Below, piece by piece: positions 37,301 to 51,560 of a stretch of 64,000 nucleotides of DNA (positions are counted from its first letter, which is position 1; each line of letters begins with the position of its first letter). The position numbers and the translations under genes were made by a program. This stretch comes from Felis catus (Eukaryota): positions 200,820,001 through 200,884,000 of the forward strand of contig NC_058368.1 in NCBI RefSeq assembly GCF_018350175.1, in the 5' to 3' direction. The notes under the pieces are model-generated. The model did not search any database. It was not told the DNA's origin and was given only the letters and a program-made list of their open reading frames with translations.

Positions 37301-38372
37301 TTGTTTTTCATTATTGATATTGATTATAGTTTCCATTAAAAATGTAGAAGGGTGCCCAGAAAATTTATAAAAAAAAGAGACAATTCCACTGTCATCATTC
37401 CTTCCTCTTCATCATTGTTGCTTTGATTATATAGTAAGAGATGCAGAAGTGTGTAAAGAAAATCCGGGCTTCCTGAAGCACCTTCTCTATTTTCACGCTC
37501 TCTTAGGAATGTGCTGTGATGCAAAATACATGACATAGTTCCCCTCGCAAGCGGCTTTCATTCCAAGAGTGAAAAAAGGTGATGTAAGAACATAACTTTT
37601 ACATGCCACAAACATAAAGCAGGCTGGTAAGCTTTGCTAAAAGAAGAATATTGAAGTTAAGTGTAGGATTTAATTAACACTCCAGATTCTGGCCCATTTT
37701 TCTCCCCCCGCCCCCCCTCCCCGAGGGTATTTTTAGTAAATATTAAAAGTGATGTGTCTTGTTCCAATGGAAAGAGATGGTGTAAGGAGCTCAGTTTAAG
37801 TAAGTGGAGGCCTCAGAAAAATCTGTTAATGACAAATAAATTTAGAAAGATTGAGAGGCAACCAAAATGTCAAAACTAAACCAAGGAATGTGGACTTCAT
37901 AGATCTAGAGAGTATAAAGCAAAGGAATTCACAGGCATACGGAATTAAAACGAAGGTACGTTGTTGATATGAGGCTACATTCCCTAAATATGAAATGGGT
38001 AATAAGAGGTGGGCGTTACATCAACGTTCCTCCCTAAACTGCAATTCCAAGCAGGGATTTCACGGTCTCAGTGATTCAGGAGATCAGGACTAAGACACCA
38101 TGGGAAGAAAGGTTTCCTTTTACCTCCCAAATCACCATGATGCTGTATGTAAAAGAGGTGAATACACTTCATTGCTAGGCAGGCTCCATTTTTATATCAC
38201 TACTTGTTTTCTGCCATGATTTGTAAATTCATTGTCCTGTCACTATTGCAGAGTGAAATTGTGAGCTTTTTCACTAGTTGAAGCCCAAGTCAGGTATACA
38301 AACATCTTCTACATTCTTTGTTCAGTCTATGTTTTAAAAACATGATCATTTTAAAACCATGATGTCTTCTCA

Positions 38373-38581
38373 GGACGCCTGGGTGGCTCAGTTGGTTAAG
38401 CATCCGGCTTCGGCTCAGGTCATGATCTCACAGTCTGTGAGTTCGAGCCCCGCATCGGGCTCTGTGCTGACAGCTCAGAGCCTGGAGCCTGCTTCAGATT
38501 CTGTGTCTCCCTCTCTCTCTGCCCCTCCCCTGCTCATGCTCTGTCTCTCTCTGTCTCAAAAATAAATAAAAACATTAAAAA
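38373..38581 (+). mobile_element. Can-SINE
   Basis: TSD aaaaccatgatgtcttctca (38353-38372) / aaaaacataatgtcttctca (38582-38601). Confidence 0.96.
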
Positions 38582-41179
38582 AAAAACATAATGTCTTCTC
38601 AATTGGTGAATTGGTTCTTAAACAAACAAGCTTTGAAAAAAAATATCTCACTGTGGGAAAATTAATTGCTATTCAGCATTCTGAAATAGTATTAAAATAT
38701 TTCAAAAAATATTTCAAGTATACATTCTTTGTAACTGTAATGTTAATGAGACTGTTAAACTCATAACATATGATTAGCCTTTTTTTGGATAGGAATTTTC
38801 GTTTATCCGAAAGTTTTTTAAATGTACTCAAAATCAACTTATATGTTCTTGACTCTTTCAGAATACTCCAAACAACTTATTTTATTCTTATTTTATGGAA
38901 GTTTTGTTTTATTGCTTATTTGTTTTTGCCAGTTTGGGAAGGAATTATTTAACATAAAAGGGGCTTATATATTTTATAAATGTATTTTGATCATAGTTTA
39001 TGTAATACCCATGATTGAAATTGACATGCTCACTATATTGTAGTCCCACATTATGAGGGATTTGCATATACTCCAATTTCCACCATGAATAATTGTTATT
39101 AAAATATTTCATAAAAGGCCTAACTCTTCAAATTCACCTGATTTACAGTATTTAAATATAAATTGAAATAGAAAAATTTACTTGGTTAGTTTTAACTTTC
39201 TTCAGCTATGAGATGTCATGAAGGCAAGTTTATCCTTGAGGCAGAAATCAAAAACTCATTCAAACCAGTAAGTAGGTAACTTTGAAATCTTAGTTAAGAC
39301 CCCCTTTGGATAGCTATGGATTCTTCTTCATGAATCTGTGATCCCATAAGAAGCTTCTTGGGTGCAGCTGTGATTTGAAAATTTTAAGAAAAAAGAAATT
39401 CTCAACTTCTGACTATGGTAGAGTTTGAAGTCTCTTTCTCTGTCAGATATTGGAAGTAGGTAGTGAAAAGTTAAGACACTACAAGTTAAAACAACACAGT
39501 GAAGTATTAGGCTGCTGTCTCTTCTTATGAAATTAACTTTCAACTGTTATTACCAACTTTTGCGCTTAAAATCTCTAACTTTCTTCTGATTTGATTTTTT
39601 GTAACATGTTAAGATCACATTGTAAGACATTCATTGGCTTTTAGCCAAAAATAATAAAATTCTGACCTGACCTGCCTCTCTTTTGAAAAGTAGAAAAGAC
39701 CCCAGGAGATTGCAATTTTAGATCTCACACATAATTTCCCATTCCCCTCCTATAAATCAGGCTTCTGTAAAATAGTGAGTTATACCATTCACATTTCTGC
39801 AGATACTAAAATTCCCCATTCATTTTCCAGTCTGCATTCTTCAAGAAAAGGGATGTGAGCAGAGATGGTTAAGAGTTGTGGTAGTCAAAAAGAATTGGCA
39901 GGATTTCAATTTGTAGAACTTGTTGACATTTTGCCAATTCTTTTATTAATACATGTTGCCAAGCAGAGCTGAAATTCAGCCAGTACGTTCTAGCACAGCC
40001 ATAATGGTTGTTAAGATTTTAATATCCTCCTCCCCAAATCGATTGGTTTGCCGGTTGGCTTCCTCCCCCAGAAGCCGCTTCAGCCTGACTATTCTGCATC
40101 TACAAAATAATGTTTAGCACTGTAAGAGGCCTTTAGGACCTTGCTCTAGCTAGTGTGTAGATGGCTTCTAGTTTGATTAATCACTCCCTAGCAGTTGTTG
40201 GATACTTTGCATATAACTCTTGCTCCTGAGTATGTTTCTAGGCGTGTGTAACAGAAATAGAAATGTGGGAAAGATGGCTGTAATGATTCAATTTAGAAGC
40301 AGCTGAGAGATCTCACAATCAGAGTTGGAATATTGCCTGAAGCTTATTTGTCAGCATCAAAAATTCTCCTCCCTGCAATTATCAGGTCCACTGCTCTGTT
40401 ACTCACAGAACACTTCCTGATGGTACTCTCTCCCAGACACTATGGGTGAAAGAATGATGTGATGCATTTTTTTGTTGTTATTCAAAAAGATGAATCAAGA
40501 AAAATAAAGCTGACATTAAAAAACACCTACAGTGGAAAGCAGGTGTATATTAAGCTCAGTAGGGTGAGGATAAGGGATAAAGTAGGAATGGGTTGCCAGG
40601 GAATCTCTGGGACAAACTCTTAGGTGGCCTGTTCAGTTAATTTATTTATCCCCCAAAATATAATCAGACAACATGTATGCATACAGGACTCAAGATATAG
40701 AATACATAACAGAGGTATTTTCCTCCCCTCATATTACATTCAAACCAACAAGAAAGACTCTAAAATGAATTATGCAATCATAAAATGTAATTTTGTAGAA
40801 CTAACTCACTTAAAAATTTAATGTGCTTATTTATTTTTTTCTATAAAAACAAGGACCTTGGTCACTAAAACTCATTATTATTTGGAAGAAATAAAGTCTT
40901 CTATAGACAACTATTTTCTATTTATTGTCATTGTCTTTCTGTTAGTTACATGCAAATAATACACTTGGGCATTTTTTAATGAAATGTAAAATTTACTGAG
41001 TAAAAGCATCAGCATAGTTGTACCGTTCATATTTATCTGTGTTTGTTCTTCTAATTGGTTAAGAGCATCTTCATAATTTGCCCTGTATGGATTGGTAAGA
41101 GTTTAATGAGTTGTTCAAGGTGATAGAATCAATGATACACTTGCATCAAATCCTTATTGCCCGATTCTTTGCCCCAGTC

Positions 41180-41214
41180 ATTTTTGTTTTTTGTTTTTTG
41201 TTTTTTGTTTTTTT
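41180..41214. repeat. (TTTTTTG)n microsatellite
   Basis: tttttgttttttgttttttgttttttgttttttt. Confidence 0.9.
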
Positions 41215-42442
41215 ATAGCCCACTTATGAACTGATTACTCTTAGTTTTAAATGACTACGGGCATTTTATCAAATCTCATTTTGCTACTATATCAGTACTG
41301 CATTCTGTTCTCCATTTTAAAAAAGAGAAGACAAGTGATCATAATTGTTATACCTCTGGGGAGTAGCAAGGGAGGTATGATTCTTCACCGAGTGACTACA
41401 GTGTGCTAGATTATATACAAAATGCAGGATAATCATTCTCAATGACTGTGAGAAGATATCACCTCCAATTTACTCTTACTGAAGTTAAGATAAAGAGTCA
41501 CAGCTAGGATTCAAGCCTGTCCTGTCCCTGAAGACCTTTACTGATACATGAAAGTTGACTTTCTCCTATATTCAATAATATCTATATGCGCAATAATAGT
41601 ATTTATTTGGAAACATTTACTTCTCTCTGTTTTTTTTTTTCCGTATTACATGTTCCTAGAATAGCCTTCATTGTAATGATAGAGACTAGAGTAGGTATGA
41701 CAATCATGGAATTGAAAGGGGTGTTACAAAATTGATAATGGGTAGCCACGTAGTCATTGAAGCTCTTCCAGTGATAATGAACTCACTGAGAAGGAAGTTG
41801 ATTCCATGCTTGAACCACTTAATTGTTTTGAGTTTTGTTATAATTCCATCAGTACTACTTTCTCCTTTGGAAGCCAAGCAGTATAGTTGTCTTCTATAGA
41901 AAGCCTGGTTTGTGACACGGGCTTAGCCAATGGTGTTTTCAACCATCACATCAACCATATAATGTAAGTTTCACTATTTTTATTTTTGATACTGGGAAAC
42001 TGAGGGTGCAGCAACCAAAATAACATAGGTAGTTCATGTCTGTGCTGGAACTGAAATCAGCCCCATTTGACTATTATGCCATACCACTACTCAATTATTA
42101 GAACAAAGGTAAACTCTTAGGGAAAATGGTCCATCAAACATGTGAAAGCAGCAATCATATTTTTTTCCTAAATCTTTTCTTTTTCAGGCCAAACACCACG
42201 CAGTATGCTCAGTATTTATATGACCTGGACTCCAGAACATTCAGAGCTATTGTCAACTTTTGATCTCAGAAGTCAGCACAGTTCTTCAATTGTTGACTCA
42301 CCGTGCCATACTAGAGTGGGAATGTTAAATCCTAGTTCTTTACTAAGAAGATTGAAAGCATACTTTTTTCTTAGCTTAGTTTGGCAAGCCCCTTGCTCAT
42401 TTTATCTTTGCAATAAGCTAAATATCTCACCCCTTGTTTTTA

Positions 42443-42666
42443 TTTTTTTTTATTATTTTTTTTTAACGTTTATTTATTTTTGGGACAGAGAGAGACAGAG
42501 CATGAATGGGGGAGGGGCAGAGAGAGAGGGAGACACAGAATCGGAAACAGGCTCCAGGCTCCCAGCCATCAGCCCAGAGCCTGACGCGGGGCTCGAACTC
42601 ACGGACCGCGAGATCGTGACCTGGCTGAAGTCAGACGCTTAACCGACTGCGCCACCCAGGCGCCCC
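42443..42666 (-). mobile_element. Can-SINE, young subfamily
   Basis: Perfect 16-bp TSD tcaccccttgttttta (42427-42442, 42667-42682). Confidence 0.97.
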
Positions 42667-43024
42667 TCACCCCTTGTTTTTAAATAATTGCTATTAAGTA
42701 AAGTCTCCCTGGTCCCGTATATGTCTAGTTTGGCCATGAGTGGAAGAATTTAAACTTACTTCCTTTAAATTCCATCTTATTAGACCCAGCTTGTGGTTTC
42801 CCATTCAGTGATAGAGCCATTTCTCCTCAGATTTATGATTTGAAAAACTGATATAGATATGTACTGTGTTTCTTCATCTGAAACTTATAAAAGAGTGTTT
42901 TAAACTGAGAAGTTGCATGTGAAGTGCTATCTTCTAGGACACTAAAAGAGCCTAGAGAAGAAAACTCTTCGGTTGTTCAATGAGAATGGTATGAAATTGG
43001 GGAGCACTGATAAGTCGTCCCCTC

Positions 43025-43455
43025 ATCAACGATTTATTGTGAACTTACAATGTGCCAAGTAGTGTTTTAGGTATTCTCGTGGCAGCAGTAAACTAAAAGA
43101 CAGAAATCTCTTTCCTCATTGGGCTTATATCCTACAAATAGACACCAAACAAATCGGTGAGAAAAATATGGAACATGGTAATAATGACATTTGAAAAGAA
43201 ATAATTGAGGAAACTGGGTGGGGAGTGTCAGGTGTATGTGTGGAGGTAGTATGGAGAAGTTTCTCCTTAAATTCTTTTCCTAAACCTCTATCATAGTTAT
43301 TATTCTGCACTGTAATTATTTGTGCTTCATCAGACTCCTCCTTTAGGCAAGTTATTTTCCTAGGAAATGCTCTATGTCTTGCTCATCTCGATATTTCAGG
43401 CACCAAGCACCATGCCTCGCAAGCAGCAAGTTTCAATAGAGGTTAATGGATTAAT
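43025..43455. mobile_element. Two L2 3'-end fragments in opposite orientation (about 43025-43250 minus, about 43270-43455 plus)
   Basis: tttattgtgaacttacaatgtgccaag and tatgtcttgctcatctcgatatttcaggcaccaagcaccatgcct. Confidence 0.5.
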
Positions 43456-43489
43456 AAAAGTCCTTAAAATCTGAACGGTAATAACCAAA

Positions 43490-43730
43490 TAATAGCATAA
43501 ATGGAGTGCTCACTGTTTGCTATGTATTGTGCTATTGTTTCATTTACTTCTCATGGCTGCATGAAGACATTTTGCATTTTTAAAATGATTATTATCATTT
43601 CCATTTGCCAATGAGGAAATTGAGCTTCAGAAAGGTTAAATAATTTGAATAAAATCACATAGCAAACAGTCAGTGGAAAAGAAACTCGAACGCTAGGCTC
43701 TCTGTTTTCAATTCCCATGTCTTACAAGTT
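43490..43730 (-). mobile_element. MIR SINE
   Basis: ccatttgccaatgaggaaattgagcttcagaaaggttaaataatttg...aaatcacatagc. Confidence 0.75.
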
Positions 43731-45002
43731 TCTGCCACACAGCGCAGAAACAGACACCTTGTCAACTTCCAAATCGCTAGGAATTTTATAAGGTACTAGC
43801 AAAAATTATGATCTCTATTATATTAGGGAAGGAATTTAGTGCAGGTAGAAGTTGAAATAAGGCAAGTCAAAGTCTAATCAAGCCAAGAAATTCAATTCAT
43901 TCATTCAAAATAACATAATATCCAAATAATTGTTTTTAAATAATATATTCTACTATGGTGGATTTGAGAGCAGGAAAAAAAAAAGAAAAAAAGAAAGAAA
44001 CAAGAGGGACAGAAAGACAGAGCATTTCTATCCTATACTGGAACGTGAAGTACTTGTTTGTCCTTTTCTAAGGATGTGCAATGGTGGGGGATGGGGAACT
44101 TCAGGCAGAGGCCACATTAACAATTGATAAAATGTACAAATCCAAACAGGGATCAAGGAATCATCAGGCTCTTATTCATTGGTCAAGCAGCAATGGGGCT
44201 GATTTTAGTGATAATTCTACTACCCCGGCCAAGCTGCATGCATGTTCCTAAGGGAAATAAAATGAAGTGAGGGCAGTAATAAGCAAAAGCAGCGGGAGAC
44301 AGATTACACTATAGAAATGAATAGCACCTTGTCCCAGGGTTATCTTTGCTCATTACTCAATTCTTTTGCCCCTGAATGAAGCAAAATGGTGGATTATGAG
44401 GCCCATTGCCTCAACTGTGTCACTGAGAAAATGGTTGAATGGTAAGGATCTCTGCGTCTTAGCTTTAAAATTAGAAACATTAGGAAGTCTACTTGGGTAT
44501 ACGGGTATTTGTAGAAACATTCCATAATCACACACTTTGTGTATCACTTTGCTTTTCAGATTAATGCTACTTTTCATGAGGGCATGTACACTCACACTAC
44601 TTTACAGCTACATTTGCAACTCATCCCTGTATATTTAATTAAAACCTTAGTGCTTCCAGAATAAAGACATTTTAAGTTGTGATGGGAGCATTGCAATTCA
44701 CGTGACTGATGAAGTTACAAATCAGAATTTTTATTGTGAATATTATTAGCATCAGCACACTGAAAAATATTTACATTTCCACATTTAAAGGGGAAAAAAA
44801 AGTAAAATCTACCAAACTTTACGAATCATTCTTGGCTACATTTTATGCATACTTTTCCGTGAGAGTGTATGAGATTCAAAGTTAGGCCTGTAGCAAGGTT
44901 TTGGGTTGTTTTTATTTTTTAAATAACATGATATGGCATGCTTAAAAACATAGAGAAAAATCATTTTAGAACATTAGATGAGGCTCACTGCAATTTACTT
45001 AT

Positions 45003-45357
45003 TGTGTTAGTTTACAAGGGCCATCGTAACAAAGTACCACAGACTGGGTGGCTTAAACAACAGAAATGTACTTTCTTACAATTCTAGAGGCTAGCGGTCT
45101 GCGAACAAGGTATCAGCAAGGCCTCTCTCCTTGGACTCTGGATAGTTGTCTTTATATGGTCCTCTTTCTGTGTGCCTGTGTCCTAATCTCTTTTTTATAA
45201 GGACGCCAGCTATATTGGATCAGGGCCCACCCCAATGACATCATTTAAACTTAAATATCTCTTTAAAGACCGTATCTTCAAATACAGTCACCTTTTGAGG
45301 TACCTTTTGAGGACTTCAGCATGTATATTTGGAGGAGATACAATTCAGCCTGTAATA
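45003..45357 (-). mobile_element. MaLR solo LTR (MLT1B-like)
   Basis: tgtgttagtttacaagggccatcgtaacaaagtaccacagactgggtggcttaaacaacagaaat...caattcagcctgtaata; TSD cttat/gttat (4/5). Confidence 0.9.
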
Positions 45358-45379
45358 GTTATTAATGAAGTGTTCCTAA

Positions 45380-46130
45380 GAGAAACTTGTTGAGGATGTG
45401 GTGAAAGGAAAGTTCTCATGAACTTGGGAGAGTAATTTGACAGTGAAGAAGAGGTTACTCATACCTGTCAAACAATCATTTGCATTTCAGGGCATAGCTT
45501 TTAAAGATTTCTCACAGCTATTTTAACGCTGTGATGTCCTCAAATACATTAAATGTTGCCTTATCTGTAATGACAAAAATTTGGAGCAACTCAAATGCCC
45601 TTAATCGTGGAAATGAGTTCTTTCACTTACCACACAAATTTTTATGAAATGCCTTTAATTTGGCAAACTCTGTTACAGACATTCATATATCATTAAGCAA
45701 AATACAAAAATTCTGGACCTCAGTAAATAAATGGCCCAACTTTCATACAGTATCATAATATTAAATATTGCGCATGAACTAGACTCATATATAATAACAT
45801 GACTAGAATTTTAAAAACATAACAAGTGAAAAAGTAAGTTGTAGAATGTTGCATACTGTCTGAAACATTAAAGGAACATTTAGAAATGAACACATGACAT
45901 TGTACATAGTTCAAGGTTATTAATATTTAATAAAGATCTAAATTATGTTCTTGATAAAAATATATTTTAATGACAAGGATAACCTCCTGAGAGGAGGAGG
46001 TGAATGAGATTGGTGAAGGATGTATGGGACACATCAATTTTATCTTTAACCTTTTATTTATTTAAAAAGGAAAACAATATGTTGAACCAATGACAAAATA
46101 ATGCCAATATTTGCATGATTTATTTGATGT
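45380..46130 (+). mobile_element. Ancient L1ME-like 3' fragments
   Basis: gaggatgtggtgaaaggaaagttctcat and caaaaatttggagcaactcaaatgccc resemble L1 ORF2 3' consensus. Confidence 0.5.
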
Positions 46131-46159
46131 GTTAGCTCCTGATGCATTATTGATGTATT

Positions 46160-46580
46160 AGTATATTATACACATCTGGCTGCTATCACAGACACATCAG
46201 AATCAGAGGGTCTTAATACCTGAGTTGGTAGACTAGCTCTACTCTACAAAGAATTCAGAGGTCAAAAGATTTTGCTACATCATTTCTCTGACATTCTTGG
46301 TTCTTCTCTTGTGCCAAGACAAGTACTTCTGATTCTACCATCAATTCAACCAGCAGGAGGAGGGAAGAAAAGGGAGGGCTTGTTTCTTCTCATTAAAAGC
46401 GCAATCCAAACACCACACATACCACTTCTCGTTGTATCTTGCTCACTAGAACCTAGATGTCAGAGACATTGGAGATGTTGTCTTTACTTGGGTGATTATG
46501 TGCCCAAGATAATAATTTTATTATCATGTAAGAAGAGGTGGAGAGCAGTTACTAGAACACAGATATCAGTTTCCACTATA
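46160..46580 (-). mobile_element. MaLR solo LTR (MLT1J-like)
   Basis: ttcaaccagcaggaggagggaag...cacataccacttctc...ttggagatgttgtctttacttgggtgattatgtgccca. Confidence 0.55.
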
Positions 46581-46819
46581 AGTATTTATATGGAAGACTG
46601 TTGTTTTTTCATTAGTCTACGTGATTTTTCTATGTAGGAAATCATATTGTTTGAAAATAAGTACAAGTGGTGTCTTCCAAACTTTATGCATATGTTCCCT
46701 TTTCTAGTTTTTTTGCATTGATAATGACTGAGTTACAATGCTGAAATAGGAGCAATGGTGGTGGACAATTTGGTCATTCAATTTCCTTTTATGGAAACAC
46801 AAAATTTTATTATTAACTT

Positions 46820-48430
46820 TTTTAGTATGAGTCTTAAAGATTGCTGTATCTTTGTGGAGAATAGATCTCAGAACAATGGGATAGGGGTTATAAGCAGGAG
46901 ACCAGTTAAGAGGTTGCTGTAAAATTTCAGACAAGAGACAGGGTTGGTTTAGACCAGAAAATGGTTTGCAGTGGATGAGGATGGAGAGAATTTCTTGGAC
47001 TCCAAATGATTTTTGATGAAGGTGGAGAGAAATCCTTGGATTCAAGATATATTTTGAAGATAAAACCAACAGTATTTGTTGGTGAGTTACATATGTGTGT
47101 GTGTATATATATATGCATATATATATATCTATAATTTCTTAAATAATTTATAAGAAATTATAAGGAGAGAGTAAGAATAAATAATGATTTGTTAATTTGT
47201 GGTTGGAGCCACTGAGTAAATTTTGATACTATTATTTGAGATTAGAAGGACATGGGAAGAATCAGAAAGTGGGGAGAGAGGCTAACTTAAGAATTATGTT
47301 TTAGCCGATGTTTAAGATGACTATTAGAAATTCAAACAGAGATATCAATTAGCATGTAGAAATTAGAGTCTGGCATTTAGGAGCAAGGGTTTGGCTACAT
47401 ATGTTAATTTTTAGTTTTCAGTATATAGATGACATTTAAAGTTACAAACTTGGATATAAGCATTACTGAAGTGAGTATAGAGAAAGAAAGAGAGAACTGG
47501 AAACACTGAGGACCCCAGAGTATAGAGATCCAGATAAGAGAGAAAATATGTAGCTACAGGGAAGGAGGGAAAAACCAGGAAAGTCAGTGTCCTAAAAACT
47601 TGACCAACCTTGTCAAGTGCTGCTTAGAGGTTGAACAAAATAAAAATTGGAAGTAGACCTTTGGGTTTTTCCCCATGGGGGTTACTCACTGGTTTGGAAA
47701 GTTCATTTTTAGTGGAATACAGAAAATGGTGGTTTGTTTGGATTCAGGGGAGGAACAAGCAGAGGGAGTTTTAAAGTGGAAATAGTGAGAATAAGGTCCC
47801 TCTCTCAATAATTTTGCCAATAGATGGAAATGGAATAAAAGTTATTGGATGGAGGCAGATACTGGGCCAAGGGAGTTTTCTTTCTTCTTTTTAACAAATG
47901 GGAAACAGACAAGTACCAAAGCAATGAACTTAAGAAGATAAGAAGGAATCAATGCTTAAGGTAGGTTTGGCTTAGAGAGGAACAGGACAGTTCCTTTTGT
48001 AGCACAAGGAAGACAGAAAATATAGGGGACAATATGGATTGATCAACTCAGAGGTGAGAAAATGAGAACGTTCTCTTCTGCTTGCGTTGGTTTTCCCAGG
48101 GAAATGAGGTCCTAACCTAAGAGTGAAGAGAGGAAAGGATGTGGATGTGTGAGGGGAAAGGGGATAGTATAAAATTTTCATCTTAAGGAAAGTGTGGGGT
48201 GAATTTGATGTGGAAATATGGAGAGATTACTGGACAACACTGGAGAATCACATGGATTTGTAGTCGTAAACATAGAAGGAGACTACACATGGTAACTGTT
48301 TTTCCTGGGTAGTTTCTGCTAATCCCATACAGGTACAGAGCAGACTAATTATTAATGGGGCATGAAATTTGCTGTTAATCAGAGGGAGAGACTGTCAAAG
48401 GAGTAGAAGATGTGTGCAGGGAGTGATCAG
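46820..48430 (-). mobile_element. Long degenerate L2 LINE
   Basis: GA-rich; aagcaggagaccagttaagaggttgctgt, gatatattttgaagataaaaccaacag, tgtcaagtgctgcttagaggttga are L2 antisense blocks. Confidence 0.7.
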
Positions 48431-48747
48431 GACAAAAGTCACATATCATGTGCCCTACCTGGCATTAACCATCTCTCATGTCTCCATACAATTATACTAG
48501 TCAATTCCTTGCTTTTCTTAGTAGTTTTATTACCTACCTATGTATTTCTAAATGGTGTAATTTGCTTAGATTGTTTGTGAACTTTATATCTTTTTATATT
48601 CTTTTCTTAACCTACCACTGTTTTAGTTTTTAAAATATCATTCATATTTTGTATAGGGGTAAGTTTTTATCACTGCTGTGTAGTACTTAATTAAGTGAAA
48701 ATACTACAATCTCTTATGTTTATAGGTTTTTCAAAAAAACATCTTGT

Positions 48748-48966
48748 GGGGGGGCCTGGGTGGCGCAGTCGGTTAAGCGTCCGACTTCAGCCAGGTCACG
48801 ATTTCGCAGTCCGTGAGTTCGAGCCCCGCGTCGGGCTCTGGGCTGATGGCTCAGAGCCTGGAGCCTGTTTCCGATTCTGTGTCTCCCTCTCTCTCTGCCC
48901 CTCCCCTGTCCATGCTCTGTCTCTCTCTGTCCCAAAAATAAATAAACTTTGAAAAAAAAATTTAAA
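48748..48966 (+). mobile_element. Can-SINE, young subfamily
   Basis: TSD aaaaaa(a/c)catcttgt (48733-48747, 48967-48981). Confidence 0.97.
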
Positions 48967-50323
48967 AAAAAACCATCTTGTTTTAGTTTAAGAGTATGAA
49001 AAAATTTATTAAACATAATGAGTTTTCAACAATAGTAAGATCAAGTCTACGTAGAAAAACTTCATACCCCTCCAATAAAAGTGGAAAGAATATTCAGAGT
49101 CCATAAAAATATAGATATGAGTAGGGTATTCTGTATATCAGAAGTATAGAATACATATTTACTTAGGTGTAATTAATTCTGTTCCACAATTGACTCTAAG
49201 TGACAAAAGTATTTTTTCAAACATATTTAAAATACCTTGAAAGAATTTCTGAATACAGTAAGCTGTTACTGAGTTAAGGCTCACATCAAAGACTCCATAT
49301 TATTTATAAGAATCAGGTCAATAATTTCAATAATTCATGATTGGAAACAACTGACCCACAGTTCCAACTGGTGTTAATAAGATGATGATGTAGGTAGTTG
49401 AAGGCAGAACAACCCTGTGCATTACTTGCAGCGCTTTATTTGTGTGATATTCAAATATAGGATCCATCTGTTTTTTCAAAATAACTGCGTTCAGTTTTTA
49501 TGCGATAGTAAAACTGATGCGCCAAGCACATTGCTGGGAATTACTTGTCTACTCAGCCATAACCTTTCTTCCTGAAGCTTCCCTGATTGGAGAGAGAGAA
49601 TTTGCAAGTAAAAGACAAGTTAGAACCTGGAAAGCAAAAGAACCCTACTCTCTAGGAAATGTAACATCCCTTTTTCCAACACCCCTTTTCTTTTTTAATT
49701 CCTGGATAAAAAAACATATGGTCGTAGTAGCTCTCTGAAAATTCAGTAGACTTGCTAGGTTACTTTTTAAAGTTAGTTTGTTTCTTAGTAGTGTAGCAGC
49801 TGAATTGTGAAGAGAGAAGGAAGTCAAAATCAAATATATCAAGTTCATGGTGAATTAGAGGGGCCTTCATGTCTGAACTAGAGTGCCTAAATTTACTACT
49901 CTCCAAGACGATAACAGTAATAGCAATAAGAACGTAATAAATATATAATATATAGTGAGATGCTGGGTACTTCACTAAATGCTTTGTGAATAGTATAAAA
50001 TTTAATCTTCAAACAAAGTTGGGAATTTATTTTGTCATCCTTGTTAATACAGATATGGAAATAGAGGTTTGTCTAATATAGCAAAGGCCCAGTGATGTTC
50101 CAGCCTAGCATGTGCCCTTGACCACACTACTCGTCTGCACTCTGTCATGTAGTCAGATTACTCGGTCTCCAGGGACCTCAAGCCCCTCACTCTTCCTGGA
50201 CATACTTTCATTCTGGACCCCCTTCTTTGCACATTCTCCAGACAGACTTCTTCCTGCCCAGCTTTTAGTGCCCACCAGTAGCCACTTCTTCCGTGATTTC
50301 CCCTGACTAATCTAGCAACTATT

Positions 50324-50519
50324 TTTTTTTAATGTTTATTTATTTTTGAAAGAGAGAGAGAGAGAGAGCAAGCAAGGGAGGGGCAGAGAGAGAGGGAGAC
50401 AGGATCCAAAGCAGGCTCTATTCTGAGAGTGCAGAGCCCATGCAGGGCTTGAAATCACAGTAAGATCATGCCCTAAACTGAAGTTAGACATTTAACCAAC
50501 TGAGTCACCCAGGTGCCCC
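50324..50519 (-). mobile_element. Can-SINE
   Basis: TSD taatctag(c/t)aactatt (50308-50323, 50520-50535). Confidence 0.94.
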
Positions 50520-51129
50520 TAATCTAGTAACTATTGATTCACTCTTCTCTTAACTTCAACAATTAACCAGTAGCCAACCACACAGATTAGCCAATTATTT
50601 TATGTGTGCTAATTCTTTGATGTGTGCTAATTCTTTTCTACCAACTGGATAATATTTCACTTGAACAGGGATGGTCTTTATTGATGGTCACTCTTTACAG
50701 TCCTGACTATAACATTGTCTATTTCAAATACATTTTCCAAACATTCACTATGTTCCAATTTATAGGCTCCAAACTATGAATTTCTAATGAAACCAAATTA
50801 CCTCCTACAGGAGTAGACCCTACTGTCTAAAATTTGCATAAAAATAAGTGGCAAGTGAGACACTTCGCATTACAGGTCCCTTCATATGGATGCATCATGG
50901 CATTTGACCTCATGGTTGTCTGGTGAGGAAAGTTGCTTCTCAAAGGAGCAAGCTGAAGTCCAGAGCCCAAAGCCACACAAACAGTGAGGGCTAGAGTCTA
51001 GGTCCTCTGGCCCTAGGTTCAAGACTCAACTAAAACTGGGTGCATAATCAAGGGACTTCAACACAGTCAGGATATTGAGCACACACTCATTGAACTCTTA
51101 GGTGCCAGGCACTAAGTTGCTGGAGATAA

Positions 51130-51560
51130 AGTGGTTGATTCATTTGGATTCTCCCAAAAGGAGATCTTAAGACAAGGAATTGGTTGCATGTAGTTTATTA
51201 AGCAGACGACCAAAGTGACAAAAGAAAGAAAAGTGAGGCAGGGAATGTGAAAAAACCTATAAGGAGGCAACTGGGGCTCAATTCTACTGAAGACACTTAG
51301 AGAAACCCTACCAAATTTTGAGGCAGGGAGGAAGGTACATCTGAATATCACCTCTTATCTGCCATGAGCTGAGGATTGCAGGGAAAAGGGAATATTCCTG
51401 CTACCTGTTCTTAGTTGCCTTCGGGCAGAGAACTAAAGAGAGGCAGGTGCATGAGGTGGGAAGATGTCAGCCTGCCAAGGAAACTTTCTACCACCTCAGC
51501 AGATGAACTCAAAGGCAGGCAGAGAGGATGGAGCAGGCCATGAACAGTGTTTGCTCCCGA
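51130..51560 (-). mobile_element. ERVL solo LTR (LTR33/LTR41-like)
   Basis: agacaaggaattggttgcatgtagtttatt...aagtgaggcagggaa...ggcaactggggctcaattctactg. Confidence 0.6.

Noticed and set aside
42165..42642. Strong acceptor ttttctttttcag at 42187 and the longest ORF (145 aa)
   Set aside because: No paired donor recognised; the ORF's length comes from reading into an antisense SINE; the alternative frame stops after 24 codons with no recognisable homology.
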